64,000 bases of DNA from Antedon mediterranea. Lineage: Eukaryota; Animalia; Echinodermata. The stretch covers positions 10,771,432 to 10,835,431 of the forward strand of contig NC_092679.1 of assembly GCF_964355755.1 (NCBI RefSeq), given 5' to 3'. A program made the translations under genes and the position numbers. The notes below the pieces were generated by a model. The model was not told the origin of the DNA. It saw only the letters and a list, made by a program, of their open reading frames with translations, and made no database searches. Below are positions 14,400 through 28,151 of the stretch, piece by piece (the first letter of the stretch is position 1; every line of letters begins with the position of its first letter).

Positions 14400-15070
14400 C
14401 TTTCCGTGTCGGCCACTTGGAGACACTTCGGCCCATATTTGTTTGTCGGCTACCACATAATGTATATATTATTGCTACTAAATTATTCGCATAATTACTG
14501 TAGGCACAGTGATGTTTCTTCATAGGCCACACATAATAGGTTATATCACTTTCCTAAATTTTTAGGATAAAAACTAAACAAACGCAAAAAATAACAGTAA
14601 TTTGACGTTTCAGCGACCATGTTTCGTGAGTTGTTGCGTCGCGTATCAACTACGCAACCTTCTCTGTTGTTTACCGCCATGGCTGGATATACAAATACCA
14701 TGCCAGGCCGGCAAATAAAAACAGTGTGTTTAGTCTCAGCAGCCGGCCAACCGTATCAACTGATCGAATCGTTGAAGTTTTAATTAATTCCACCGATCTA
14801 GAATAGAATAGATTTTGTAAATCACGTTTAGCACAGTGAGTAAAACTCCATGGCCATTAGTATCAAACCTTAGTACAATCGAGTTTGAATCTGCAAAATG
14901 TGTAAATAATAAGTATAAACTCTTAAAGCAAAACAATCAGAACTAGACCACAATTTAACTAAAAATGTAGGAAAATAGGTAACAAAAAATGCCACACAAA
15001 AAAATAGTAAAATATAAAAACCCTTGAAATAAAAAAAAATGAATAAAAATAAAACACACAAACAAAAATG
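14400..15070 (-). repeat. Interspersed repeat, inverted relative of 17190-17823
   Basis: Shared blocks such as accgccatggctggatat..taccatgcc and aatttgacg. Confidence 0.6.
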
Positions 15071-15349
15071 AATCCAACATAAAAACAACAATTATGGAAA
15101 ACAATTAACAATGTGTTAATGTCGTGTTTCCACAACAATGTATTTTTCATTGATTTATGTCCAGTTTTTTGTTTTATCAAATAATACACCCAAAATATTA
15201 AATATAATTTGGTATTTTACATTTGTTAGTGTCTGCTAATCGACTACTACCACCATGTGTACTTTTTTGTGTTGATTTAAAGTCCATAACTGTAGTTTTA
15301 TTATTGAATACACTTAATTCTAAAAATTACCAATTCAAATGTTATCATT

Positions 15350-16211
15350 GGGTCTGTTTCTGCTGAAAAAATAAAAATAATCAATTTTTTCTAAGTACCA
15401 CAAACCACAGAAATGATCGCGTTGCAACTGAAAATGTTCTCCGACGTTAATCGGTTATCGCTTTTTAAAAATCACGTCATCCATACCCACAGCGCAGTTT
15501 AAGTTATGGAAGGCCGATGAGAGTTGGTTTGTTTACATCGTATCGCTGCCTAAAACTCTCACATGTAGGATTAAAAATTGAACTCGTAAAGCTATATTAT
15601 TTGTAAAATAAACATCTAGTAGACTAGGCCTACTACCGTACCACATACAACAGAATAATGATGTTACATTTTTAAAGGTACGTCGGCGAGAAAAGTTCGT
15701 TTCGCCGTTCAGCGTTGGTGCTACTCTAGGGCCCAGCTAGGCTATATATTTCTACCGAAACAACAGGCCTAAAAAAGGATGTGCAAAACATCGTTTAGAC
15801 TGGACCGGTGGGATGTAACGGTGTACTTTCAATGCAGAATCTTGGAGTTTCTGGGTATAATTCGCGCCCACAAAATAATAAAAATCAAATGTTTAACATT
15901 TAATTGTAATTTGGTTCACATCGATGATCGTCATCGTCGAAATAAACAGCATGCTTTGTGAATGAGGGTTGCAATACTCTAGAGGTCAAAGTGCGGTCAA
16001 TAATCGCTATTTGTGTTGCAGCTCAAAACTGCTCCACAATAATCGGTTAAAACAAGAAATAATCGATTAAAACACGCAATGGATTAAGTATTTTTAATCG
16101 GTTATTTTTAATCGGTTATTTTATTTTGCGCTGTTTCTGCTGCCCAAAAATAATCGATTAAAAAAATAAACGGTTAATAATCGATTATTTCTGCTCACCA
16201 GAAACAGGCCC
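15350..16211. mobile_element. PIF/Harbinger-like MITE
   Basis: TIR GGG(T/C)CTGTTTCTG, 3-bp TSD ATT, and repeated AATCGGTT/AATCGATT subterminal motifs. Confidence 0.75.
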
Positions 16212-17189
16212 ATTGAAATGTTTAAACTACCCACTGACAGAGTTCAACGTGCACTACCCTTTCATGTGCATGTTGTGACTTTTTGATGCGCACCCTAGAA
16301 TAACATTCACACAGGAAAATTACACACAGTCAAAACGTAAGTTCCATATCCAGTATTGCTTTCATTTTTTAGCTTACAGATATTTCAATGTGAAGGGATT
16401 GTGCTTAACAAAATCAATGTCTGTAAACCGTTTTTATTCTTGATAAAAAAAATTTTTATTTGTACTTTTATCAGAGTGGACGTGCTTTTATTATACTTAG
16501 TCCTCCCACGAAAAGTGTTCTCCCCAGGCATTTGAAGCGTCATGGTGACATGATGCTTTGGTTCTCTACCGCGACGCTTTACAGTTAACCGTAACGCTTT
16601 AAACCTTATCCGTGACGGCGAAAATTTTCGTGGCCCTAAATTTTTGTGATTTTACATTTTAAACTATTTTGCAACCTTTTATTTTCGCGATTTGAGTTTT
16701 TTTGTGTAATTTGTTGAACCAAATTGGCGAATGTATTTCGCCTCCACGATGAAGATCAAACAACAATTAAATAGCGTCAGTAAAATTACAGAATTAAATA
16801 TGCCATTGTAAATTTAGGGATGTAAATAAATGTTTTGGCTACACAGTGGGTGAGGCACATGTTTAATAGGCTCTTACTTAGATAGTGAACACCCCCATAA
16901 TTAATGTAGTTGTACTTAATATTATTTTGCATTGGATGATTAAGTATAAAAGCACAATACTGGATATGGGATATGAAAGTGACAACGTGCATGAGAGGTG
17001 CAAGTTTGAAGTATGTCAATCAGTCGGCAGATTAAAATATGTTAATGATAAAATATGAATATGAAATAAGATAGAATAGTAAAACTACAGCTGCTTACGG
17101 ACACAAAAAGTGTCTAAAAATAAAATTAAATGTTGCACTCAGATTTCTTTTTGGTGTAGATATTTTGTGAAAACACGACACCCATTTGA

Positions 17190-17823
17190 ATAAGTTTTAT
17201 TTGTGTGTGTGTGTTTTTTTTTTTAGTTCATTTACATTTTTTTCCATGGTTTTTTTATATTTTGCAATTTTTTTTGTGTGAGGTTTCGTATCTTTTTTGC
17301 TGGTTTTGTAATTATATTGTGGTCTAGTTTTGATTTTTAGCTTTAACCGTTGATAATTATATATGTCGCGGATTGAACTTGAATGTACTAAAAATTTATA
17401 TCAATGGCCACAGCGTTTTACTCACTGAGCCAAACCGTGAATTACTGTCATTCTGTTCAAAGAATAGTTGTAATTAATTAAAACTTCAATGACGCGATCA
17501 TTTCGATACGGTTGACTAAAGACTGTTTTTATAGCAGCCCGGCATGGTATTTTATATCCAACCATGGCGGTACCACTCGGCGGTACACAACAGAGGAGGT
17601 TGCATAGTTTATTCAGTGACATAACATTTGATTCGTCAAATTTCTGCTATGTTTTGCCTTTTTTGAGTGTTTATTCTTAAAATTCAAGAAAGTGACAGCC
17701 TATCGTGTGCAGCCTATCAATAAACATCAGTGTGCCAAATGTAAGCACATACCGTTCAGTGGTTTTTGGAGGAGATACTGTACGTAAAATACGCGAAAAA
17801 TTTAGTGGCATTAATATATAGAT
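17190..17823 (+). mobile_element. Helentron/HINE-like non-autonomous element remnant
   Basis: Ends in GCATTAATATATAGAT|TT and is similar to 14400-15070. Confidence 0.45.
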
Positions 17824-18947
17824 TTTTAAATTACACCTGAACAAACAATATAAATAATATTTGGGGATCGTAGATGTTTATCGTAATTATTTTATACTGT
17901 ATTCACTTTTTCCATACTAAGCCAAAGGCCTCAGGGAGCGTGCCCAAATGTTTTTACTCCGTTAAACTTGTTGTAACGCAACTTTTACCGTTATATGCAA
18001 GCTAATTTAAATGGGGTTAGGCGTGTTCAGTGAGGCATATCAAGCCCTCCCTTTACTAGCTACTATGCTGTTGTTGTCACTCCATTGTTTAACGCGTAAT
18101 TAACGGGAGACCGGACATGCTGTTCAGTGTTGCGTAACGATGATTCCAACGCGTTATTAACAGTCCTTGTTATGGTATGTTGTGTGAAATCCTATGATGA
18201 CTCAAAATAACGGGTTATTAGCAGTCCGGTCATTGTTGTTACAACGCGTTGTAACAACGTATATAATTATATTTATTAAATAATCATGTATAATACTATA
18301 TCCTAGGCCTACCGTAAAATAAAAATATGTATAGGCCTAGGCCTACACGGTAAAATAAAAATATATAGGTCTAAGCATACTATTTACGATCCGATTCATG
18401 GTATTATTTAGCCTGGTACGTCGGGCGACACGTGTCTAAATTTCTAATAGCCGACTTTCACCTGAAAAAAAATACGTATTTTTGATCCCTGGATGTAACA
18501 TGATATTGACGCGAATACCGCACTACAAAGAGCTAGGCCATGAACGATTCGTTAAAAGTACACCGCCAGACAATCGCGTAGCTATTGTTTAGATTACATA
18601 CTATAAACAATTAATAACAAAGAAAGCCTAGAAAGATAAGCTCCTCTTGTTAAATAATTTTGCTTTGACTGAGCCATTTTGTGACGGTTTCAACTCTTAT
18701 CCATAACATTTCATTAATTAAACAATCAAATAGATTTACACTTTAGACAATATTTTTTTAAATAATTTACTGTATCAGTTCAGACTGTGAAGAACATGGA
18801 TTTCGAAAGGTACACTTTATTTAACGCCAGGAATTCTTCTCACGGAAATGTGCTGATTGCAATCTGCATAAGCAACCAAAGATCCTGTATCTTTCTGGGA
18901 TTCTGCCTTTTCCCCAGATTTATTGTTATTTGTATATGACATAAAAC

Positions 18948-20012
18948 CTCAGTACTGTGGAATAATGCTACTCTATAAAGGCCTACTGTCATTCAATACT
19001 ATCGTCCGTTAGCTCGGCGTTTAACGGACACAAACACTCAGTAACCTGTGGAATAATGCTATACTCTGTATGCTGTCATTCAATACTATCGTCCGTTAGA
19101 TCGGCGTTTAACGGACACAAAAACTCAGTAGATTGTGGAATGATGCTACTCTACTGTAATTCAATACTATCGTCCGTTAGATCGGGCGTTTAACGGACAC
19201 AAAAACTCAGTAACCTGTGGAATGATGCTATACTCTATATGCTGTCATTCAATACTATCGTCCGTTAGCTAGGCGTTTAACGGACACAAAAACTCAGTAA
19301 ATTGTGGAATGATGCTACTCTATTGTAATTCAATACTATCGTCCGCCGTTAGCTCGGCGTTTAACGGACACAAAAACTCAATACAGTATACCATGGAGCT
19401 ATAAAATTGTATAGCTCCATAAGTATACTGTGGAATGATGCTATACTCTATATGCTGTCGGCGTTTAACGGACACAAAAACTCAGTAAACTGTAGAATGA
19501 TACTACACTCTATATAATAGGCCTACTGTCATTTAATACTATCGTCCGTAAACTCGGCATTTAACGGACTCAAAAACTCAGTAAAACTGTGGAATATGAT
19601 GCTATATAATACTGTCATTCAATACTATCGTCCGTTAGCTCGGCGTTTAACGGACTCAAAAACCCAGTATACTGTGGAATGATGGTATACTCTATATGCA
19701 GCTGTCAATCAACACTATCGTCCGTAAACTCGGCGTTTAACGGACACAAAAACTCAGTAAATTGTGGAATGATGCTATACTCTATCTGTCATTTATTACT
19801 ATCGTCCGTTAGCTCGGCGTTTAACGGACACAAAAACTCAGTAATATAACCTGTGGAATGATGCTATACTCTATATTATGCTGTCATTTTAATACTATCG
19901 TCCGTTAGCTCGGCGTTTAACGGACACAAAAACTCGGTTAGCTCCGGGAATGATGCGTATTCGAATGATGCATAACTGTCATCTATCGTCCGTTAACTCG
20001 GCGTTTAACGGA
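18948..20012 (+). repeat. Minisatellite of 12 units (mostly 82-96 bp), each with a GTCCGTTA-N10-TAACGGAC hairpin
   Basis: Conserved core aatactatcgtccgttagctcggcgtttaacggacacaaaaactcagta with a more variable but homologous linker. One unit is partly deleted. Confidence 0.95.
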
Positions 20013-20184
20013 ACAACGCACTGAATAGTAAATTCGCGCTTGGTTGAGAGCAAGTAGGGGAATTCCCTTTTTTGCGACGCCTCCCTACTGCAAGAAGGCA
20101 ATTGCACATTGTTTTTATATATTTATTTTATATATACTGTATAAGTGTTTTGCCGATTACACCATTTAGGCCTACTGTAAATAG

Positions 20185-20617
20185 ATACAATAATTGTTAA
20201 TGTACACAGTTTTTTTTTTGTATTTTGTAATAAACATGACACCCTTGCAGCAGCATCACGGAGGCTGCCAAAAACACTGTGGTGCGTGTGTACATCGCAT
20301 CGCAGTGATAAAAAACCATGTGCTTGCTAATAACGTGACGTCATATCGCCCAAAGTTTCATCCTCTGTTTTTGGACACACTCGAGGTCAGCGATAGTTAA
20401 AGTAATAATTTATTTACGTAATACAATAATTGTTAATGTACACAGTTTTTTTAGTATTTTGTAATAAACATGACACCCTTGCAGCAGCATCACGGAGGCT
20501 GGCCAAAAACACTGTGGTGCGTGTTGTACATCGCTTCGCGGTGATAAAAAACCATGTGCTTGCTAATAACGTGACGTCATATCGCCCAAAGTTTCCTCCT
20601 CTGTTTTTGGACACACT
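20185..20617 (+). repeat. Tandem ~197-bp direct duplication (20185-20381, 20421-20617)
   Basis: Two near-identical copies inside the 3.4-kb element. Confidence 0.9.
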
Positions 20618-22994
20618 TAACTCGCGCGGCAGCTACAGTCAGTAAATGTTTTAGCTCTAGATAGACGGCGACCGGTTTCTATATTGTTTGGTCCATACCA
20701 TCGTCCATAAAGGCTATACATGCTGATACTATCGATACGACAGTCTGGGTTTTATCCGTGTTTACAATTTTGCCATTTTTTTTCTTCGGTCAAGTGTACG
20801 GGGTAAAAAATAAAAAAGGAATTAACGTCAAACATGCTAAACAAAAAATTAGTATATTATAGGAATCTTCTATAAGTTGAAAATGTTCAACAAAAATTGT
20901 GGAATTGTAGATGCTGATAATTTAATGTTGGGTAAGGTTGTTTTAACAGCATTTTTTTTTTTTGCCGTCGAAATGACGGTTTACCACAGCATCATCTGCA
21001 GTTTCAAGGCCCTTTCTACAGCAATTGCCGTCGATCTTCATATTATTATTAGATATTATTGTATTGAACTCTGTAATGTGTGGTGTGATATTGTCAGTAC
21101 AAGGGTCCGTTAAATGAGCGTTTAACGAATATAAAAACGATCTGTTAGGTCGGCGTTTAACGGACGAAAACAACGGACGTTGTTCTTCCGTTGTACGCGT
21201 TAGATAGTAAATTCAATTTCATTGTACAGTATTAACCATGATACGCTCTGCTGAGTACAGACCGCCCAACTCATTAACGTTTTGCATATTATTAACGCAT
21301 TTAAAAGTCTATTAACGGAGTAAAAACATTTGGGCACGCTCCCTAATCGACCGATCAAATTTTGCGAGCCATTTATTTTCATGATCGTTGTTCAATCGCG
21401 AAAATAAAGAATACATTTTGGGCTTTACAGTAGTTGAACAGTCAGTTCCCTAGAACAGGGCCCCTAACAGATGGCAATAGAATAATTATTTCGGCACAGC
21501 ATGTTGGGAAGCCTGGGGCATTCCTCTATTATAGACATGCTAAACTCTGAAGACCAATTTAATTACTGCTTTGACACAACAGGCAGGCATTCTTCATCAA
21601 ATTGATCTGACAGTGGTATGGTTGGAATTTCCTGTTACCTTACATCCAAACACAATTTCTACTTCCTATTTTTTAATGAAAAACCATTTCTTAACTGAAC
21701 AATAAACAACAATTTTTAACAATGTTATAATCCAATATGTTGTTCAATAATATAAAGAAGGTCTATTAGTAGTACTGTAGTAGTCACACACTAACAACCA
21801 CCGTTATTTTTCATGAAGTTTGGCAAGTAAAAAAATACATGTTTTAATACCAGTTCATACATGTACATAAACCAGTTTGGAGAGTGACAGCTCTCTATAG
21901 CCTTACATACTGTAGGGTGCTGAAAAGAACATTGTTGACACTTATAGACCTGTGTCATTTCAGCCGCAAAATGTAAATGTGTATGAAACTATGAATCGTT
22001 TGTGTTTTACCAACCAATGTTTAGTAGGCATTCTCTTATAATAGGTATTGCTAAATCAATGGTAGACTAACTAGTGGAATTGAAGCATTGTCCGTGTTTT
22101 ACTATGTTGAATTAATGAAGCCTAAACAACTTGATCTGCATGAGAAGAGATAGACAAATAAGGTTTTCTCAGAGAGGAATACTAACATCCGGCATTTACA
22201 ATAACCTATACAGATCCATTGAAATTCAGTTGATTGGATCAATAGGCTAGCATTGCTATAATATTCATCAAGGTCTCCAAAAACATGCAGTCAGAGTTTT
22301 TGGTTCACAAATTAAAAATAGAACATGCCAAATTATACAGTATAGTATAAACCCTGTATTTTAAATAATAAGGGCGAAGATAAAACAACACTGAATGTAT
22401 TTTTATTTTCAAACTAGTATTAATTAAATAAAAACACATTCTTTTGACTGGGGTGTATTTGGTATTGTTTGTATGAACACTTTAATCAATAAAACAGGCA
22501 TATAAATGCTTATTGATTGTAATTGTATGGATTTCACATTATTTGCATTATTTCTTAATTTACAGTTAAATTTTTTTTTTCATTACAAAGACTATAAAAG
22601 ATGTAACATATGCCATCAATAATTATGATGCTATGCTAACGTTAGCCATTTGCGATAATAAATTAACGATTAAATATATTTATTGCAACTTTTGGGTTGA
22701 ATTATACAAAAATATAAAATTATACTTAAATGAAAATATATCATATCCATCGACAACAAAAATCGATTACACAAAACATCGAAGAACAGACAAAACAGAA
22801 GTCAGGGGAAGATACGACTGTGCAGGGATGCTTATGCCTACCACTTGTGAAAAAGACCAAACTTTACAATGAAATTGTTTTATCGTTCCGTTTTTACTTT
22901 TGCGAATACACAAATGCCGATTGGAGTTGTCAATTGCCAAAAAATTTGATATTATTCGCAAAACTGGGCCTGGATTCTTTTGCTGTCATGTTTT

Positions 22995-25424
22995 ATACCC
23001 CTTTCACACCAAAAGCAAAACTCCAGAGACACTCTGGAGTTGACGCCCCGGTGTTTTGGCGTGAAAGGTAAAATCAAGCAACTTTGGAGTTTAAAACTGC
23101 GGGGTTGAACAGCTGAACATTCTCCGGAGAGCGAATAGCAGGGACACCCTGGTGTTTTGGTGTGAAAGGTACCAACATCAAACTCCAGAGTTTTTAGGTC
23201 AAAAGGTCATCCTCACCAATCACTCATTGCGGGTCAAGAAAATAAAAAGTAGTATCAATAAAACATTATATTAGGGCTTTCAGTTACGTGACAAATTCCT
23301 TCGCAGCGATGTCCTCTGAATCGCGATCATATTACATTACACAGCGTGACCTATCTTCGCAATGGTAAACCGCAGCGTTCCCCATGTGGGACGTATTTTC
23401 CGAATTCGTTATTTTCGTCTTGTTTTACTCGGTATTTTTCGTCGCCGCTAGCAGTGTTGTGATTGGTTAAATCTCTTTCGAAAGCTTCCGAAGATTATGT
23501 TGTATGCTCGGAGAATCGTTTCCGAACTGAAATATTGAAATCCAAGCGATAGTCGACAGTGAAAAGTTAAAGTCAAAAGTTTACGTCATGTTTTCAGATA
23601 GATTTTATTATAAAGCACGCATATTTCACATGTAAGTACATTTATTGATTATTTTAGATTCTTACTGTTTTGTTTTTATAATTTTATATTAATAAATAGA
23701 AATGCTAGAGCGAATTTTATAGGATGATGTTATTTTGCGGCGAGACCATATTTCAGCCTCGTGTTTGCGAAAATGACGTTGGGATAGTCCATTTCTGTAT
23801 AGGGGCAACCTTTTACGTTCGACGAATTATTGATAATTCATTTGATTTTTTTTTTCATGAAATATATAATATAATACTTTTGTATAATTCCGAATTCCAA
23901 TATATTAATAATGGACAAAAGATACGGTGGAAACAAAAACATGTTTCCGTTTTCTTCCGTTAGACTACCCACGATGAAAATGGTATTGGCCTTGTTTACC
24001 TTTTTCGCTGAGCCTACTAGACTTCGTAAATTCTTATTTTTAGCGATATTTGGAAGTAATAATAGTTATTTTTATAATTACTTTGACATATATATCCAGC
24101 ACTACTAGGCAGTACTGATCTATGTTTGTTAGACTCACGTACATAATTTTTTTTTAATAGTTTTTTACGAAGTCCATCTATATTACTCCCGGCGACTATA
24201 TGACGTTTTGTTGCGTCGTAGTTCTGTGAATTAGGAAGGCCCAGCCAAGTAGCAGGGCCTAACCTAACTAGGGTAAAGCATTACCAATACTATCGTAATG
24301 TTATGTTAATTGTAATTGGTGTCTATTTTGTTTTTAATTCTTAATTATTATTGCAATATATAGTGCTATTTATTTGATTTTAAATAAATTATGATTTATT
24401 AATTAATGATGATTAATATATTTCCGTAGGTATCAAATAATGGCTGATCCAACTGAAGATTCTGTTCCTTCTTGTAGCAAAAGCAAACCCACTTTTATGG
24501 GATTTAAGAGAGAACTTGGAGAAAGAATAAACCATGATAGACAAAAGCGGGCAGCGGAAAGTTCAAAGAAAACTGAAATGACTTTATTTATACAAAATCC
24601 TAATTTAATTGTTGGTAAACTAAAAAAGAATTGATCACTTATTTATTTAAAGTGGACAAGGAGAGTAGGTGGTATAGCGGTACAGTCATTTGTTTTTGGT
24701 CCAACAATGGTCCCATATTAGAGGTTTAACATTAATTAGTTTATTGTTATTAGTTTTCAACAATTATATAGTAGTTTGGATAGATTGTCTTTGAAAATAC
24801 ACTAGTTTTTAGCCAAAATTGTAAAAAATATGCTAATTATATGCATATTTTTAATTAATTATTAATTTATTAATTATTAAATTACTATATTATTGAAGTT
24901 TAAGTTTTCATTATGCATTGTACCAAATATGAAAGCTGTACTTCTACAGATTATGCAATAAATGACAAATGTATATTAACTGTTAGTGTTATTTTATGTA
25001 CCATTCTCAAAACAAAGAAATACAAAAGAATAACCTTTGACCCCAAGTCTAAAAAGTTCCTAAATTAGCGGTGTAAAATAATGAATATCTCGGCAACCGT
25101 TTGGCCATTTTAAATGATTTAAAGTGTTTTGAAAATGAGAAAAGTTGCTTTTTCTGATTTTCAAACTTTTAAAAGCATGTGTTTAGATAATAATTATGAC
25201 CTAAAATGCCTAATTATATGACTTCTGAGACTTTTGAAAATAAGTATTAAATTAAAATAATTGTCAATTAAAATGATTCTAATGATCGTCGCTATGTAAA
25301 CAAACAAAGTAGAGGGCAACATTTACAATTTTATTTTATAAACCCCGGTGTTGCTAGGTTGGTGTGAAATGTTTTGAATGGTGTCTCCGGAGATCACTCA
25401 GGAGTTTTGGTGTGAAAGGGGTAT
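22995..25424. mobile_element. Harbinger-like TIR element with nested insertions
   Basis: 20-bp TIR ATACCCCTTTCACACCAAAA and subterminal CTCCGGAG/CTCCAGAG motifs at both ends. Confidence 0.7.
24440..24692 (+). pseudogene. Frameshifted coding remnant with a Spindlin/Tudor-like motif inside a transposon
   Basis: Acceptor tttccgtag at 24429. The reading PNLIVGK/RIDHLF/KVDKESRWYSGTVI is assembled across two frameshifts. Confidence 0.4.
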
Positions 25425-26087
25425 TATTAATATTGTAATCCCACATTTTGAATGAATAAAAAAAAAAAAATGCTACACATATAATATTACAAAACAATTT
25501 GGCTATTTTCATCGTTCAAAAAAATGTACAATGTTGCGAAAAAAATAAAAATCGCCAACCTTATTTTACCTTAGTGAGAATTACAGGACAACCTATAGCC
25601 ACCTGGCCGTAAGTTATAGGATTTTGGAGAGCCTAGAACAGTATAGATTAGTACTAAATCAAGCCCTGCGACTAGGAATATGAAGTTTCATGAGTTAGCC
25701 TATATGACTTAGTACACGCTTATGCTTACGTTGTACGTGTGAAAATTCAAATGTCTATCTCCTATAAACTGGTTTTAATCAATTTATCAAAATAGCTAGA
25801 GTTTTCAATGATATAAAATGTCATCATGGATTTTAACTTTTCCATCAATTGTACTGTGTTTTGCATTTTCGTGCCCCGCCTTTAGGCAGTTATATTCAAG
25901 AGAACGGAAGTATTAGGAAACTGTGTCATACGGAAGATCACAGTACTACAGCTGAAAAAATGGGTATTTGGAAATACAGACTGGGCATGCCCAAACCCCA
26001 TTATTTTCCATTTTTTTTTTATCTGGCTTATTTGTATCAAATACAACTTATGACTGTGTAAAATATAACATTTTCAATAAAACTTAC

Positions 26088-26253
26088 CATCTGTAAGTTC
26101 CTCGACTGCTCTTTTGATTCCTCTATCAAATGCTTTTGCATCGTAGGTGTTATTGTACACTAACCCGAATTTCTTATTTTCTGACAGCCAGTGATGGAAT
26201 ATAGGTGATGGCTTACATAAGCGTAAATCTTTCTTTATTTGACAGTCAACTAC
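26088..26253 (-). CDS. SPRED: SPRED exon 3, C-terminal half of EVH1 domain (absent from the ORF track)
   Basis: Acceptor tttttacag and donor G|gtaagt. Translates VVDCQIKKDLRLCKPSPIFHHWLSENKKFGLVYNNTYDAKAFDRGIKRAVEELTD, matching SPRED KKDL..FHHW..KKFGL..DARAFDRG. 166 nt, phase 0 to 1. Confidence 0.95.
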
Positions 26254-27308
26254 CTGTAAAAAAGAAATTCAGATATTAGTCAGACAAATATCACTCCAAC
26301 AAAAACTAATTCAATAAATAACAGAAAATTAATCATCCATCGGCATCATAAAGTATCCCACTTTTCCAGACCAGAATGTAATTAATTAATTGGTTAGAAT
26401 AGGTGTAAAAGTGTTTTTGAGGGGTCACAGGTTGCTTCATGTTAAGGGTCATCTTCCTGTATCATCAGCAAAATTTTGAATATTGATATTTTCGCGTGTA
26501 CGCTTGCTTTGAAAGTTAAAAATGCTAAAAATCAATTTCTAATCAACTCTCTACACGTTCCAGGACATTTTAAGCATTTCACATTTTTTTTTTTAAATTG
26601 CGTTGCGCGAGCTTTTGCGCACTTAGCCTGTACCCAGCCTAGAAAGCCCGTTTTTGCGCTTGATTATTGTTTTTATAGTTTTATGACATATGAACTTCAG
26701 ACATATGAACTTTATTTTTAATTTGAAAAGGCCATCATACTCAAATAATTAAATAAATGTAAGTGGTGTAAAATAAAAAAATAACCCGTCATTTAAACCG
26801 TTTACAATGCCAATACCGTCAACTGTTTGACATAGCTTCCATTCTCTAGAAAATCAACTAATGTACCTCTCTTGCAAATATACACCACATTTTTTTTAAC
26901 TTAATTCTAAATTCGTCACATAATCCGTCTCTGGTAGTTGTTATTTTGAGTTCATTTGGCTCAATGGTTTAACGACTCTACAGCTCACTATGTCAGTCGG
27001 TTGGTCGGTCAATAAACAATAACTTGAGCACGCGACTGCAGCCATGTAATGGCCTTGTTGTCAACAAAATTTACAAACAATGGCTACCCAACAAATTCAA
27101 ACATTTTTTTGTTATGGCTACGCTTGCGCTACATTGAAAATAGCGTGTTAATCTAATCATGTTACTGATTCACAGCGAGACTGATTCTACCATGTGCTAG
27201 CTAAAGTATATTACAGTTTATCGGAGGTCTTTTTTTTTCAAGCTGGGGAGAAATACATTACCAATTTGGTGAAGGACAATTTTTGTTCTAATCGAGAACG
27301 ATCAGGCT

Positions 27309-28151
27309 GGCCCGTATTCTTAAACCGGACTTAGTTCGAGCTAAAACTTTAAAAATTACGTCATTTTAATTCATAAACCAAACTTCAAATAAACCGGCGA
27401 CTAAATCAGGCCAACCTCGACTAAATCGAGACAGATTTTGATCAATGTTTTTAGTCCTCGAGGGGGCAGGCTAAATCGCCGACTAAATGGTATTTAAACG
27501 AGGTTTATACAAAATGTAACACTAACAGTCATTGAGTTGTTATATTGGCCAGATATTGAAGAATGAAATATCTATTTTAATATTAGCTTAATTAAATATA
27601 TATTGGTATATAATAATGCAAATCATGTTTATTTACAACCATATACAAATTACAATATTTTCTTCGCGCAAGTTCGACTGGAACGTCAAGATGCGGAAAC
27701 TGGAATGTTTAATGGGCCTAGCGCTTTCTCGTCACGCTATGTAATATGTGGCTCGTCGCGATCATGCTGGAGGCCTAGAAAATATGAAAGTTACCGTACC
27801 GCCATGGTTCCTAAATATATTTGGAAGATTTTGTTTGTTGTTAATCAAAAGTAATTAACTGTTAAATTAATACTGATCTTGTTCTATAATAATCAACAAT
27901 TAAAATTATTTTTCATGTATTAGTTCTGATGCGTAAAAAGTTTTGTAAGAAAATGGAAAGTGATATCAATGGGCAAAATTTTGTCTGCTCCTCAAATACT
28001 CTCTTGTCATTGGCCAATGTATAGCCTTTGTTACACAGACGTGTGAAACTTGATGCGACTCGACTTGACTACTTCTTTTATCAATCGAATTTGAAGTAAT
28101 AGCTCGAACTAGGATTTTTTCAGACTAAAGTTCGGTTTAAGAATACGGGCG
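27309..28151. mobile_element. Harbinger-like MITE
   Basis: TIR GCCCGTATTCTTAAACCG(G/A)ACTT and GACTAAAT subterminal repeats. A partial relative lies at about 29860-30120. Confidence 0.7.

Larger units (their letters stand above)
17934..21343. mobile_element. 3.4-kb non-autonomous TIR element (Harbinger-like)
   Basis: Perfect 32-bp TIR GGGAGCGTGCCCAAATGTTTTTACTCCGTTAA. Flanks tca/taa form an imperfect 3-bp TSD. No transposase ORF. Confidence 0.85.

Noticed and set aside
14033-14416. 127-aa ORF as a separate gene
   Set aside because: Only 14171-14238 is SPRED-like and bounded by splice sites. The rest is intron read-through.
18948-20012. CRISPR-like array of palindromic repeats with variable linkers
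   Set aside because: The linkers are homologous to each other, not unique spacers. There are no cas genes, and the array lies inside a eukaryotic TIR element.
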